Assembly: GCA_041738935.1 (NCBI GenBank)
Contig: JBGSOV010000020.1
Coordinates: 57,467-121,466, forward strand
Length of the DNA: 64,000 nucleotides
Origin: Candidatus Altimarinota bacterium
Lineage (GTDB): Bacteria > Patescibacteriota > Gracilibacteria > CAIRYL01 > GCA-016699755
Direction of reading: 5' to 3'
In this document: positions 28,816 to 38,328 of the stretch, in pieces
How the letters are laid out: each line of letters starts with the position of its first letter
Numbering within the stretch: the stretch's first letter is position 1
Notes under the pieces: generated by a model
Database searches by the model: none
The model's input: only the letters and a program-made list of their open reading frames with translations
Told to the model about the DNA's origin: nothing
Position numbers and translations under genes: made by a program

Positions 28816-30540
28816 ATGAAACGCATTTGCGCCAAATCCGGCAAGGAGTTTGAGGTTTCGGAAAGCGATTTGGAATATTACAAAAAAATCTCGCCACAAA
28901 TCGGCAACGAGATTTATGAAGTGCCTCCACCATCGCTCTGCTTGGAAGAACGCGAAATGCGCCGGATGGCTTGGCGCAACGAACGCACACTCTACAAGCG
29001 CACTTGCGATGCGACCGGAAAAGAGATCATCAGCGAATATCCACCAGACTCCCCTTTTCAAGTCGTTGATGTGCGTTATTATTATGAACGGAATTGGCAA
29101 GTGCCTGAGTGCGAATTTGATTTTGAACGCCCGTTTTTCGAGCAATTTCGCGCATTACTTCTTACAACTCCGCGACCAGCGCGGCTGACGGATATTACTT
29201 CTGAAGAAAATAATAGTATTTATCAGAATTGTTCGGCGATGAACAAAAATTGTTATTTGATGTTTGCTTCTGGCGGTTGCGAAGGTTGCTCATACGCACA
29301 AACGGTGGAATTTTGCAAAGATACTCTCGATGGACTTGTCGTGTTGCATTCCGAACTCTGCTACGAATGCATTGATTGTTTGCGCTGTTATCAGCTGATT
29401 TTTTCGCAGGAATGCACGGCTTGTACTGAGGGCGCGTTTTTGTATGATTGCCGTAATTCTCATCATTGCTTTGGCTGCATCGGGCTACGGAATCAAAAGT
29501 ATTGTCTGTTTAATCAGCAACTCTCCGAGCAAGAATACAAAACACAAGTGGTGGAATTGTATCAAAAACTCAAAACGACTTCTGGCGTACGAGAACTACA
29601 AACCAAAATGCAGCAAATGCTTGCACATACTCCTCACCGACATGCGCATATCGAAGATTCGGAAGATTGCACGGGTGACTTTATCTACAATTCCAAAAAT
29701 GTCACCGACAGTTTTATGGTCTACGATAGTCAGGATTGTCGCTACTGCATCAAGCTCTACAACGGCAAGGACTGTATCGATGTCAGCGATTTTGGCAGAC
29801 CTGGTGAGCTGATGCGCGAGTGCATCACCACCGGACAAAATGCCTACAAAACCTTCTTCTGCAATAACTGTTGGCCCAATTGCACCGACCTGTTGTACTG
29901 CGAATCCTGTAAAGTCTGTAGAAACTGCTTTGGCTGCACAGGACTCAAAAATGCCGAATATTGTATTTTGAACAAACAGTATTCAAAAGAAGAATATGAA
30001 GCGCTCGTGCCGAAGATTATCGAACACATGAAGAAAACCCCCCTTAATCCCCCCTTATCAGGGGGGAAAAATACATGTGAATGGGGCGAGTTTTTCCCTG
30101 CGGAGCACTCCCCTTTTGCCTACAACGAAACCTGGAGTTTTGAATATTATCCGCTCAGCAAAGCAGAAGTTCAGCGCCGAGGTTGGCGCTGGCGTGATGA
30201 AGAAATTGAAATCCCAAAAGTCACAAAGATTATTCCGGCAAATCGCCTCCCAGACAGCATCGACGACATTCCCGATGATATTCTCAATTGGGCGATCGAA
30301 TGCGAAGAGACCGGCAAGCCGTACAAGATTCAAACATCGGAACTGGAATACTACCGCAAACTCGGTATTCCGATTCCGCATTTTCATCCGAATGTGCGGC
30401 ATACTCACCGCATGCAAAAAAGGAATGGTCGCACCCTACGAAATGTTAGTTGTGACAATTGCGGTAGTGCTATACAAACCACTCGTTCTCAGCAAAATGC
30501 AAAAGTGCTCTGTGAAGCGTGTTACGCAAAGCAGATTTAG
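28816..30540 (+). CDS. Cys-rich repeat protein of the CPR type (RNERxLY...WGEFFP)
   Basis: RRMAWRNERTLY, many CxxC/CxxCxxC repeats, CFGCxGL twice, YCILNKQYSKEEY, WGEFFP, C-terminal CxxC...CxxC. Confidence 0.85.
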   Translation: MKRICAKSGKEFEVSESDLEYYKKISPQIGNEIYEVPPPSLCLEEREMRRMAWRNERTLYKRTCDATGKEIISEYPPDSPFQVVDVRYYYERNWQVPECEFDFERPFFEQFRALLLTTPRPARLTDITSEENNSIYQNCSAMNKNCYLMFASGGCEGCSYAQTVEFCKDTLDGLVVLHSELCYECIDCLRCYQLIFSQECTACTEGAFLYDCRNSHHCFGCIGLRNQKYCLFNQQLSEQEYKTQVVELYQKLKTTSGVRELQTKMQQMLAHTPHRHAHIEDSEDCTGDFIYNSKNVTDSFMVYDSQDCRYCIKLYNGKDCIDVSDFGRPGELMRECITTGQNAYKTFFCNNCWPNCTDLLYCESCKVCRNCFGCTGLKNAEYCILNKQYSKEEYEALVPKIIEHMKKTPLNPPLSGGKNTCEWGEFFPAEHSPFAYNETWSFEYYPLSKAEVQRRGWRWRDEEIEIPKVTKIIPANRLPDSIDDIPDDILNWAIECEETGKPYKIQTSELEYYRKLGIPIPHFHPNVRHTHRMQKRNGRTLRNVSCDNCGSAIQTTRSQQNAKVLCEACYAKQI

Positions 30541-30627
30541 GAGTGAATTCAATTATTCTGTGAAGAGTGCTATGCCAAGCAAATCTCGGAGTGATTCAAA
30601 GAAAAAGTCGGGGAAGAAAAATATTTT

Positions 30628-30795
30628 CTACTTTTCTCGAGTAAGTATAAATGTTTGCATGAGAATAAGGGCAAGAGCCATAACAATCACCAATCGGTAA
30701 GCACCGCCCTCAAGGATATCACCAAGCACTACGACGGCAATTCCAATTGAATAAAAGCGAATGAGCCACAAGCTGGTAGATTTTTTTATCTTCAT
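30628..30795 (-). CDS. Small two-TM membrane protein
   Basis: MKIKKSTSLWLIRFYSIGIAVVVLGD...; two hydrophobic segments; lies between the direct repeats. Confidence 0.5.
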   Translation of the reverse strand: MKIKKSTSLWLIRFYSIGIAVVVLGDILEGGAYRLVIVMALALILMQTFILTREK

Positions 30796-31041
30796 GATAC
30801 CAATGGTAGCAGATTTTTTCAAAGACTAATAGCTTTGTGTATAATCGAAAAAAACCTCATGCAAAAAAGGCTAGCGGCACAAATAATTGTGTTCTTATTT
30901 TTCGCTTATATCTGGCAACTTATTTGTTTACCGGCGGAGTCTCCTGAAAGGGACTCCGCCGTTTATCGTGACCGGATTTCTTACTACTTATTATTTAGCG
31001 TCGGAGTCCTCTACGAGAGACTCCCACGGTAAACAAATCGC

Positions 31042-31179
31042 ATGGCAAAACGCAACGGTCGGACATTACGAGAGAGTACTTGCAGCAATTGCCAAGCCGC
31101 GATTAAAACGACGCGCTCTGCGGAAAACGCCAAACAGATCCTGTGTGAAGCGTGTTGCGCAAAGCAGATTTCGGAGTGA
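31042..31179 (+). pseudogene. Orphan copy of the C-terminal Zn-ribbon of the 28816-30540 protein
   Basis: MAKRNGRTLRESTCSNCQAAIKTTRSAENAKQILCEACCAKQISE aligns to MQKRNGRTLRNVSCDNCGSAIQTTRSQQNAKVLCEACYAKQI. Confidence 0.85.
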
Positions 31180-31355
31180 ATTCAATTATTCTGTGAAGAG
31201 TGCTAAGCCAAGCAAATTTTCTAACAACCGGAATCATTAGACTTCACCATTGCCAGAGGAGAAAAGCTCCAACGGTGTCATCCCTGTCACGAGAGATCCC
31301 AGTGGTAAAATAAAAACCAAAGTTACAAATGGTGTAAGCTGAACCTTTTTTTATG

Positions 31356-32372
31356 TTAGTCAGTTTTTCTAAGCAAAAGCCGTGATATTGGTCGAAAAAT
31401 ATAATTATTTGTTTTCTCTTTTACAAAATTGGTAGCTAGCAAGAAGGCAGATACAGTTGAGATAATAGCCGTAACAACGACAAAAAGGAGTAAATTGTAG
31501 TCTTGGATTATTACCATAATCCCTGTTTGAGCTAATATTTTAACGATAAAACCGTGCCACAAAAATACATAAATAGTATTCTCCCCAAATCTTGTTACTA
31601 TTGTTTTACTTTTGCTCATAAGTCCGAGCATATAAAAACAGAGTGAAAAAGACACGATGTAAAAAGCTGTCCGAATCAAGATTGCTGACCAGTCGCTATA
31701 TCCAAGCTCGAAGTAAGAATAATTCCCCAGTAGCCACTTGTGATTGATTTCGCTAAATTGTAGAAACACCAAGAAAATCCCAAATAAAAGAGCTGAATAC
31801 ACAAGAATATGATTCCTAAACTTTAGTTTGCTTATCATGTCGCTTGTGATGAAGTGTCCAATAAAGAAGAAAGGAAAAAATACGAAGGTTTTAGAAATGC
31901 TTAAAAAATTACCATCAAATTCTGAGAATCCGAAAAGAAGTGGTAATAAAAAAACCAATATTATTGCGAATGTTCGATTGAAAGTATTATAAATAGTGAA
32001 CATTATTTTCCAGCAAAATAAGCTAAGTAAGAACCATAAAATCCAGTATGCTTGGAAATTTATTGAAAAATTACTAAGCTCACCTGTCATCAAAAAATTA
32101 AAAAGTTCATAAAGAAATTGAAAGCAAAGGAATGGTATTAATAATGTCTCCGCATATTTTCTGATTTCTTTGTATGTAATCTCTGTCTTTGCAAACATGC
32201 CTGAAATTAGTGCAAAAAGCGGCATATGAAATGCGTAGATCATAAGATACATCGCCTTAATAAAATCGTTGTCAGCGATAAACGGTCTCAGTATGTGCCC
32301 AAAAATTACAAGAATAACTAAAAAGAACTTTAAATTATCTAGTAGATAAAATCTCTTTGTATTCGGCAGCAT
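31356..32372 (-). CDS. Acyltransferase family 3 (membrane O-acetyltransferase)
   Basis: LDNLKFFLVILVIFGH, IYAFHMPLFALISG, LWFL; visibly AT-rich. Confidence 0.9.
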   Translation of the reverse strand: MLPNTKRFYLLDNLKFFLVILVIFGHILRPFIADNDFIKAMYLMIYAFHMPLFALISGMFAKTEITYKEIRKYAETLLIPFLCFQFLYELFNFLMTGELSNFSINFQAYWILWFLLSLFCWKIMFTIYNTFNRTFAIILVFLLPLLFGFSEFDGNFLSISKTFVFFPFFFIGHFITSDMISKLKFRNHILVYSALLFGIFLVFLQFSEINHKWLLGNYSYFELGYSDWSAILIRTAFYIVSFSLCFYMLGLMSKSKTIVTRFGENTIYVFLWHGFIVKILAQTGIMVIIQDYNLLLFVVVTAIISTVSAFLLATNFVKEKTNNYIFRPISRLLLRKTD

Positions 32373-32549
32373 TTTTTGTTCGATAAATATTTTCTTTCTT
32401 GGTGGAGACTCCGATTAGTGTCTCCGCCGTTTGTTTCTTGAATCTTATTTCTTAGAACTTAGATTTGGCGACTTCATTAAGATTCCTGTTTCATCACAAA
32501 AGCTGCACCTACAACAAGAATGACGAAAAAGGGCAACTGTCGACTTGCC

Positions 32550-33245
32550 CTACGACACCTCTTTGATCTCTTTGCTGAGTATCTTCGGCGTGTCGCCGTC
32601 AAAATCAAGTTTGTAAATGATCGGCGCGCCAGTCGGAATCTCGAGTCCGGTAATGATGTCATCAGGAATATCTTCCAAGAATTTTGTCACCGCACGCAGC
32701 GAGTTCCCATGTGCAGCGACCAAAACCGTTTCGCCTTTCTGCAGACGCGGAATGATCTCTTGTTGAAAATACGGCACGGCGCGTTCGAGCGTGTTTTTGA
32801 GACTTTCGCCATTCGGTGGCGGTGTATCGTAGCCGCGGCGCCATTTGACAAATTGTTCTTCGCCGACTTCGGCTTCGATCTCGTGTTTGTATTTGCCTTG
32901 CAAGTTACCATAATGCCTTTCGGCAAGTGCGACTTCGTAGACAAATACCGGAAATTCTTCTGGTTTTAACTCATATTGTTGCCGCGGAACTGTCCCTTCT
33001 GCCGGGAGAAAAATCGGCGTTTTGCCACTTTCATTTTTGCGCAGAATCACATGCAAAGTAATAATTGCGCGTTGAAGGTGCGAAGTATAAGCAGCATCAA
33101 ATGTGAAGTTTTTGAGAAGCTCGCCGGCTTTTTCGGCCTCTGTCCAACCTTCGGGCGCGAGTGGCACATCGATCCAACCGGTAAAACGATTTTCCTTGTT
33201 CCAAAGCGATTTGCCATGACGGACGAGAATGAGGGTTCCGGACAT
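32550..33245 (-). CDS. gpmA: 2,3-bisphosphoglycerate-dependent phosphoglycerate mutase
   Basis: LVRHGKSLWN, RFTGWIDV, ERHYGNLQG, AAHGNSLR, EIPTG. Confidence 0.95.
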   Translation of the reverse strand: MSGTLILVRHGKSLWNKENRFTGWIDVPLAPEGWTEAEKAGELLKNFTFDAAYTSHLQRAIITLHVILRKNESGKTPIFLPAEGTVPRQQYELKPEEFPVFVYEVALAERHYGNLQGKYKHEIEAEVGEEQFVKWRRGYDTPPPNGESLKNTLERAVPYFQQEIIPRLQKGETVLVAAHGNSLRAVTKFLEDIPDDIITGLEIPTGAPIIYKLDFDGDTPKILSKEIKEVS

Positions 33246-33383
33246 TTTGTTTCGATAAAGTCACGGATAAGTATAGCATGACAGCGATTGAAATCGCAAT
33301 GTGAAAGCCGACTTCTGCCATGATTCAGAATGATTTGTGTAAAAAATACAATCGTGTACCATACTTGATATATAATTACATTT

Positions 33384-34820
33384 ATGCCGACAGATTCAAC
33401 TCCTTTTGCAGAAATACTGGATGAAGAGAAGATTTTTGATTTGCTCAAAAATAGCACCGCACCGAATGACACCGAAGTCGATCAGATTTTAGAGAAAGCA
33501 AAAAAGCTCAAAGGACTTCGTCCAGAAGATGCCGCGCAGCTGCTTCAAATCAAAGATTCAAAACAATTACAAAAACTCTATGCGACTGCTCTTCAAGTCA
33601 AAGAAGCGATTTATGGCAATCGACTCGTCTTTTTTGCTCCGCTCTATGTTTCCAACTATTGCACGAACAATTGCTTGTATTGCGGTTTTCGCCGTGATAA
33701 TACCAAGCTTGAACGCGTTTGTCTGGAGCCGGAAGAACTCAAACAAGAAGTGCTGGCGCTCCTCAGACAAGGTCACAAGCGCGTTTTGATGCTGATGGGC
33801 GAACATCCGACCAAATGTAGTTTTGATTATTTTTTGGAAGCCATCAAAACGGTCTACAGTGTCAAAGACGAAAAAGGCAATTCAATCCGCCGCATCAATG
33901 TCGAGATCGCGCCACTCAAACCGGAAGAATTTGAGAAACTGGGCAAGGCGGAGATCGGCACCTATGCGGTATTTCAGGAGTCATACCACAAGCAGACGTA
34001 TGAAAAAATGCACCCAGGTGGCAAAAAGTCGGACTTCAACTGGCGCCTCAATGTGATGGATCGCGCACTTACCAGCGGTATGCACGATGTTGGCATCGGT
34101 GTACTTTTTGGGCTGTATGATTACAAATTTGAAGTCCTTGCGCTCTTGATGCATGCCGAACATTTGGACACATCATATAGTGTTGGCCCACATACGATTT
34201 CGGTTCCGCGGATTGAACCGGCAGAAGGTGCGCCGATTAGCACCAATATTCCCTATCCGGTCGCGGATGAAGATTTTAAAAAACTGATCGCGATTCTGCG
34301 CTGCGCTGTACCATATACCGGTATTATTCTTTCAACGCGCGAATCGGCGGAACTGCGCAAAGAAGTCTTCAAAATTGGGATTTCGCAAATCAGCGCAGGA
34401 TCAAAGACCGATCCGGGCGGCTACCACGAAGATACAGGTGTCGTGAAAAAATTGCCCAATGCCAAGCGTGCGCACGGACAGTTTGCGGTCAGTGACAACC
34501 GCACCACGCGCGAAGTCTTGAGCGATGTCATCAAAGACGGCTTCGCGCCGTCATTTTGTACCGCTTGCTATCGCAGCGGACGCGTCGGCAAGGATTTTAT
34601 GGAAATGGCAAAACCCGGTCTGATCCAGCAAAATTGTCTGCCGAATTCACTCTTGACGCTAAAAGAATTTTTACTCGATTACGCGGACGAAGAAACGAAG
34701 ATTACCGGCGAAGCGATGATCAAGCAAGAACTCGAGAAGATTCCGAATGCGAAGCGCAAAGAGCAAACGATTGCATTTTTAAAACGGATGGAAGCCGGCG
34801 AACGCGATCTTTTTTGCTGA
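33384..34820 (+). CDS. hydG: [FeFe]-hydrogenase H-cluster maturase HydG
   Basis: CTNNCLYC, GPHTISVPR, C-terminal FCTACYR-x-C auxiliary-cluster motif, G-ERDLF terminus. Confidence 0.95.
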   Translation: MPTDSTPFAEILDEEKIFDLLKNSTAPNDTEVDQILEKAKKLKGLRPEDAAQLLQIKDSKQLQKLYATALQVKEAIYGNRLVFFAPLYVSNYCTNNCLYCGFRRDNTKLERVCLEPEELKQEVLALLRQGHKRVLMLMGEHPTKCSFDYFLEAIKTVYSVKDEKGNSIRRINVEIAPLKPEEFEKLGKAEIGTYAVFQESYHKQTYEKMHPGGKKSDFNWRLNVMDRALTSGMHDVGIGVLFGLYDYKFEVLALLMHAEHLDTSYSVGPHTISVPRIEPAEGAPISTNIPYPVADEDFKKLIAILRCAVPYTGIILSTRESAELRKEVFKIGISQISAGSKTDPGGYHEDTGVVKKLPNAKRAHGQFAVSDNRTTREVLSDVIKDGFAPSFCTACYRSGRVGKDFMEMAKPGLIQQNCLPNSLLTLKEFLLDYADEETKITGEAMIKQELEKIPNAKRKEQTIAFLKRMEAGERDLFC

Positions 34821-34824
34821 TTGA

Positions 34825-35922
34825 ATGTCGATTCAGAATATTCTTCAAAAGCGAGAATTTGACAAAGCAGATATTATCGCGCTTTTGCATGCCAAAACTG
34901 CGGAAGACAAACTGACGCTGCAACAAGTCGCGCACGAGACACTTCTTAGGGAACGCGGCAACAAAGTGTTTTATCGTGGACTCATCGAATTCTCGAATAT
35001 GTGTGCCTGCGACTGCTACTATTGTGGTATTCGCAAAAGCAATTCACTTGTACAGCGTTTTTTATTGAGCAAAGACGAAATCGTCGAAACCGCGCTCTGG
35101 TGCGCGGAAAATGACTACGGCTCAATTGTCTTGCAATCCGGTGAACGCCGCGATCGAGCCTTTATCGATTTTTTGTGTGATGTTGTCAAAACCATTCAAA
35201 GGGAATCGATTTCGGAAAAATTACCGCACGGACTCGGCATTACGCTGTCTGTCGGCGAACAAAGTCTTGCCGATTATCAAAAGCTGTTTGATGCCGGCGC
35301 GCATCGGTATTTGTTACGCATTGAAACGACTTCGCCCACACTCTTTGCCTCGCTGCATCCGCCATCACAAACACTCGAGAATCGCAAAGCCTGCTTGCAA
35401 AATTTGAAGAAAATCGGCTACCGGGTCGGAACAGGTGTGATGATTGGACTTCCCGGGCAGACGATTGAAGATCTTGCGAATGATATTGTGTTCTTTCGTG
35501 ACGAAGGCATCGACATGATTGGTATGGGTCCATATATCGTACACAAAGACACACCGCTAAATATTCATCGCGAGAGCATTGCATTGCAAAAAAAACAAAT
35601 CTTCGAGCTCGCGCTCAAGATGATTGCGGTCACACGGCTAGTACTGCCGAATATCAATATTGCAGCAACAACGGCATTGCAAGCGATTCATCCGATTGGC
35701 AGAGAAAAAGGACTCGAGCATGGCGCCAATGTCGTGATGCCGCTGTGTACTCCGGCAAGCGTGCGCAAACAATACCTGCTCTACGACAACAAACCCTGCC
35801 TCGAAGACAAGGCAAGCGAGTGTCGTGATTGTCTCAAAGCACGCATCCATCGCATCGGACACTCAGTCGGCACGAATCAGTGGGGCGATGCTCGCCCATT
35901 TTTCTCTTCTCCAAATTCATGA
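34825..35922 (+). CDS. hydE: [FeFe]-hydrogenase maturase HydE
   Basis: RGLIEFSNMCACDCYYCGIR, LQSGE, TLSVGE, YLLRIET, ATTAL, GANVVMP, YDNKPC-x7-CxxC. Confidence 0.93.
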   Translation: MSIQNILQKREFDKADIIALLHAKTAEDKLTLQQVAHETLLRERGNKVFYRGLIEFSNMCACDCYYCGIRKSNSLVQRFLLSKDEIVETALWCAENDYGSIVLQSGERRDRAFIDFLCDVVKTIQRESISEKLPHGLGITLSVGEQSLADYQKLFDAGAHRYLLRIETTSPTLFASLHPPSQTLENRKACLQNLKKIGYRVGTGVMIGLPGQTIEDLANDIVFFRDEGIDMIGMGPYIVHKDTPLNIHRESIALQKKQIFELALKMIAVTRLVLPNINIAATTALQAIHPIGREKGLEHGANVVMPLCTPASVRKQYLLYDNKPCLEDKASECRDCLKARIHRIGHSVGTNQWGDARPFFSSPNS

Positions 35923-37142
35923 TTTCAACTGATTCTCTCCCCATTGTCAAAATCGGGGTTTTTGGACGCAAGAACATCGGCAAGTCGAGTTTTATCAATA
36001 TGATCTTCGGCGAAGAAGTGTTGCCGGTCGATGCGGCGGCAGGAACGACCAAATTTCCTGTCGAAAAGACAATCAATCTGTCGCTCCTTGGGAATGCGCA
36101 GTTTTTGGATACGGTCGGCATCGATGACAAACTGGGGGTCGAACAATTACTCGATGGTGCATTTACCAAACTCGTTGATCAAATCGATATCATGGTGATT
36201 CTCACGCGAAATGAGCAATGGGCAGAATATGAAGAGGTAATGCTTCACGAAGCCAAAAAACGTAATACACCATGCCTCATTGTCGTCAATCAAATCGATA
36301 TCGCGCCGCCAAGTGAAGACTTTTTGCAGTCGATTGAAAAACGCGCAAATGCCGTTATACTCTGCTCGTGTGCGGACAAAGCTACTTTTGAGCAGCAAGT
36401 CTCTGACTTTAAAAAGCAGCTCATCAGACTCTGTCCACACGAATATTTCGAACTTCCTTCAGTACTCGAAGGTGTAATCGAAAGAGGCGGACTGGTAATC
36501 TTGGTAACTGATGACACGCTTGACACTGGTCGTAACTCTCTTATGGATGCGCATATTCATACTCTGCGTGACGCTATGGAACAACATGCGGTGACGCTCG
36601 TGACGAAAAAAAGTGACTATCCCGATGCTATCGGCAAACTCTGCACGATCCCAAGCCTGGTTGTGTGTGACTCGGTGGTCTTGCCGGATATCGCTGATGC
36701 GACTCCGTCCAATGTTCCGCTCTCGACTTTTTCGATCCTGCTCGCGCGCAGCAAAGGCAATTTTGCGGTCTTTGCCGAAGGTGCAGCCGCAGTTACAAAT
36801 CTCAAATCGGGTGATAAAGTCCTGCTCGCAGAAACCTGCGGCGAGCATTTTCCGGGCGCACATATCGGTCGCGAGCAGATTCCCAAATGGATCAGTGAAC
36901 ATGTGGCTCAGGGAGTGCAATTTGATATTTTTGCTGAACAAGGTCTCCCGAAAAATATCGCGGAATATAAGCTCATCATTCAATGCTCTGGTTGTGTGAT
37001 TTCGCGCCGCGACATGCTCTATCGTATTCAGTGTGCGCACGAAGCCGGCGTGCCAATAACCAGTTACGGGTTTTGCATCGCGGCGATCTTTGGCAAATTA
37101 GAACGAGTGTTAACTCTCTTTACAGAAAAAACAAAGGCTTAA
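35919..37142 (+). CDS. hydF: HydF-like GTPase with divergent motifs
   Basis: GRKNIGKSS, GTT, DTVG, LSTFSILLAR, C-terminal C...CxxC; ATGA overlap with the hydE stop. Confidence 0.85.
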   Translation: MISTDSLPIVKIGVFGRKNIGKSSFINMIFGEEVLPVDAAAGTTKFPVEKTINLSLLGNAQFLDTVGIDDKLGVEQLLDGAFTKLVDQIDIMVILTRNEQWAEYEEVMLHEAKKRNTPCLIVVNQIDIAPPSEDFLQSIEKRANAVILCSCADKATFEQQVSDFKKQLIRLCPHEYFELPSVLEGVIERGGLVILVTDDTLDTGRNSLMDAHIHTLRDAMEQHAVTLVTKKSDYPDAIGKLCTIPSLVVCDSVVLPDIADATPSNVPLSTFSILLARSKGNFAVFAEGAAAVTNLKSGDKVLLAETCGEHFPGAHIGREQIPKWISEHVAQGVQFDIFAEQGLPKNIAEYKLIIQCSGCVISRRDMLYRIQCAHEAGVPITSYGFCIAAIFGKLERVLTLFTEKTKA

Positions 37143-37155
37143 CAGGATTCGAATG

Positions 37156-38328
37156 CTATTTGCTCGCAAGGAGGACTTTTTGAAAAATGTCTAAAAAAAG
37201 ATCGATTTCGGATTTTGACGCAATAAGTGGTGGCAAGATTCGTAGTACGTTTGACCCTGCGGTGCCGCAAAGCACCTTGTGTCGGCGCAATTCTACCCAA
37301 ACATTTTTGGCAGCATTCTCTGGGACAAATTCCACCCCAATCAAAAAGCCGATGCCACGGATATCACAAATTTTTTCCGGATACTGAGCAGCAATTTTTT
37401 GTAACTCTTCAAAAAAATATTCTGCATGACGCGCAACTTGGTGGAGAAAAGTTTCTTCTGCAATCACACCGAGGACAGCATTAACTACAGTACAAATCAA
37501 AGGACTTCCAGCAAAAGTACTTCCATGAGTACCGGGTGTAAAGACTTCGGCAACACAGGTTTTTGCCAGCATAACGCCCACCGGCACGCCGCCGCCAAGA
37601 CCTTTTGCCAAGGTAATGATATCGGGCACGACACCAAAATGTTCAAAAGAAAAAAATGTGCCGGTGCGACCACAACCGGTTTGTACTTCATCGGCGATTA
37701 CCAGCGCCCCAACGCTTTTTGCTTGAGTGAACAGGGCATCAATCCACTTCTGTCGAGCGACATTAACGCCACCCTCACCCTGCACAAACTCTACAATTAC
37801 GGCAGCAGTCTCGTTGTCGATTCGAGCAATGGCTTCGTCGTCGTTAAAAGCTGCATACTCGCAATCTGGCACAAGCGGAGCAAATCCATTATGAATTTCT
37901 GGCTTGGCGGTCATGCTGAGCGCCCCATATGTTCGACCATGAAATCCACCAAAAAATGAGATAACTTTGCTGCGACCGGTGTACTTACGGACGATTTTGA
38001 GTGCTGCTTCATTTGCCTCCGCGCCAGAATTTCCAAAAACAGCGCGATATTCATCATTTTGGACTGAGGTAGTTTTTGCCAGCTTACAAAGTGTTGCTGC
38101 TGCTTGTTCTTGCCCAGGGATCTCGTAATAGTTAGAAACATGAATCGGCATTTTTGCAGCGACAAGAAGCGCGTTTGTTAATGCGGGATGTGCATGTCCG
38201 AGACTATTTACGGCGACACCACTGAGAAAATCAAGATATCTTTCGCCACTTTCGCTTGTTAAAAAACATCCTTCACCTTCGACAAAAGTAAGTGGAATAC
38301 GCGCATAATTAGACATCAAAGCGGTCAT
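37156..38328 (-). CDS. argD: Acetylornithine aminotransferase
   Basis: NSGAEANE, FHGRT, VQGEGG, DEVQTG, TLAKGLGGG, HGSTF; within the arg cluster. Confidence 0.92.
   Translation of the reverse strand: MTALMSNYARIPLTFVEGEGCFLTSESGERYLDFLSGVAVNSLGHAHPALTNALLVAAKMPIHVSNYYEIPGQEQAAATLCKLAKTTSVQNDEYRAVFGNSGAEANEAALKIVRKYTGRSKVISFFGGFHGRTYGALSMTAKPEIHNGFAPLVPDCEYAAFNDDEAIARIDNETAAVIVEFVQGEGGVNVARQKWIDALFTQAKSVGALVIADEVQTGCGRTGTFFSFEHFGVVPDIITLAKGLGGGVPVGVMLAKTCVAEVFTPGTHGSTFAGSPLICTVVNAVLGVIAEETFLHQVARHAEYFFEELQKIAAQYPEKICDIRGIGFLIGVEFVPENAAKNVWVELRRHKVLCGTAGSNVLRILPPLIASKSEIDLFLDIFQKVLLASK

Larger units (their letters stand above)
30511..31217 (+). repeat. 74-bp direct repeat pair (30511-30584 and 31144-31217, 3 mismatches)
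   Basis: TGTGAAGCGTGTTRCGCAAAGCAGATTTMGGAGTGAATTCAATTATTCTGTGAAGAGTGCTAWGCCAAGCAAAT. Confidence 0.9.

Noticed and set aside
30511-31217. CRISPR array
   Set aside because: The repeats are coding-derived and irregularly spaced, and there are no cas genes
30409-31223. Diversity-generating retroelement VR/TR pair
   Set aside because: Differences are not confined to adenines of one copy, the upstream part shows ordinary synonymous divergence and an indel, and no reverse transcriptase is in the window
33335-33352. Rex or FNR operator upstream of hydG
   Set aside because: Only a loose match with wrong spacing in AT-rich DNA
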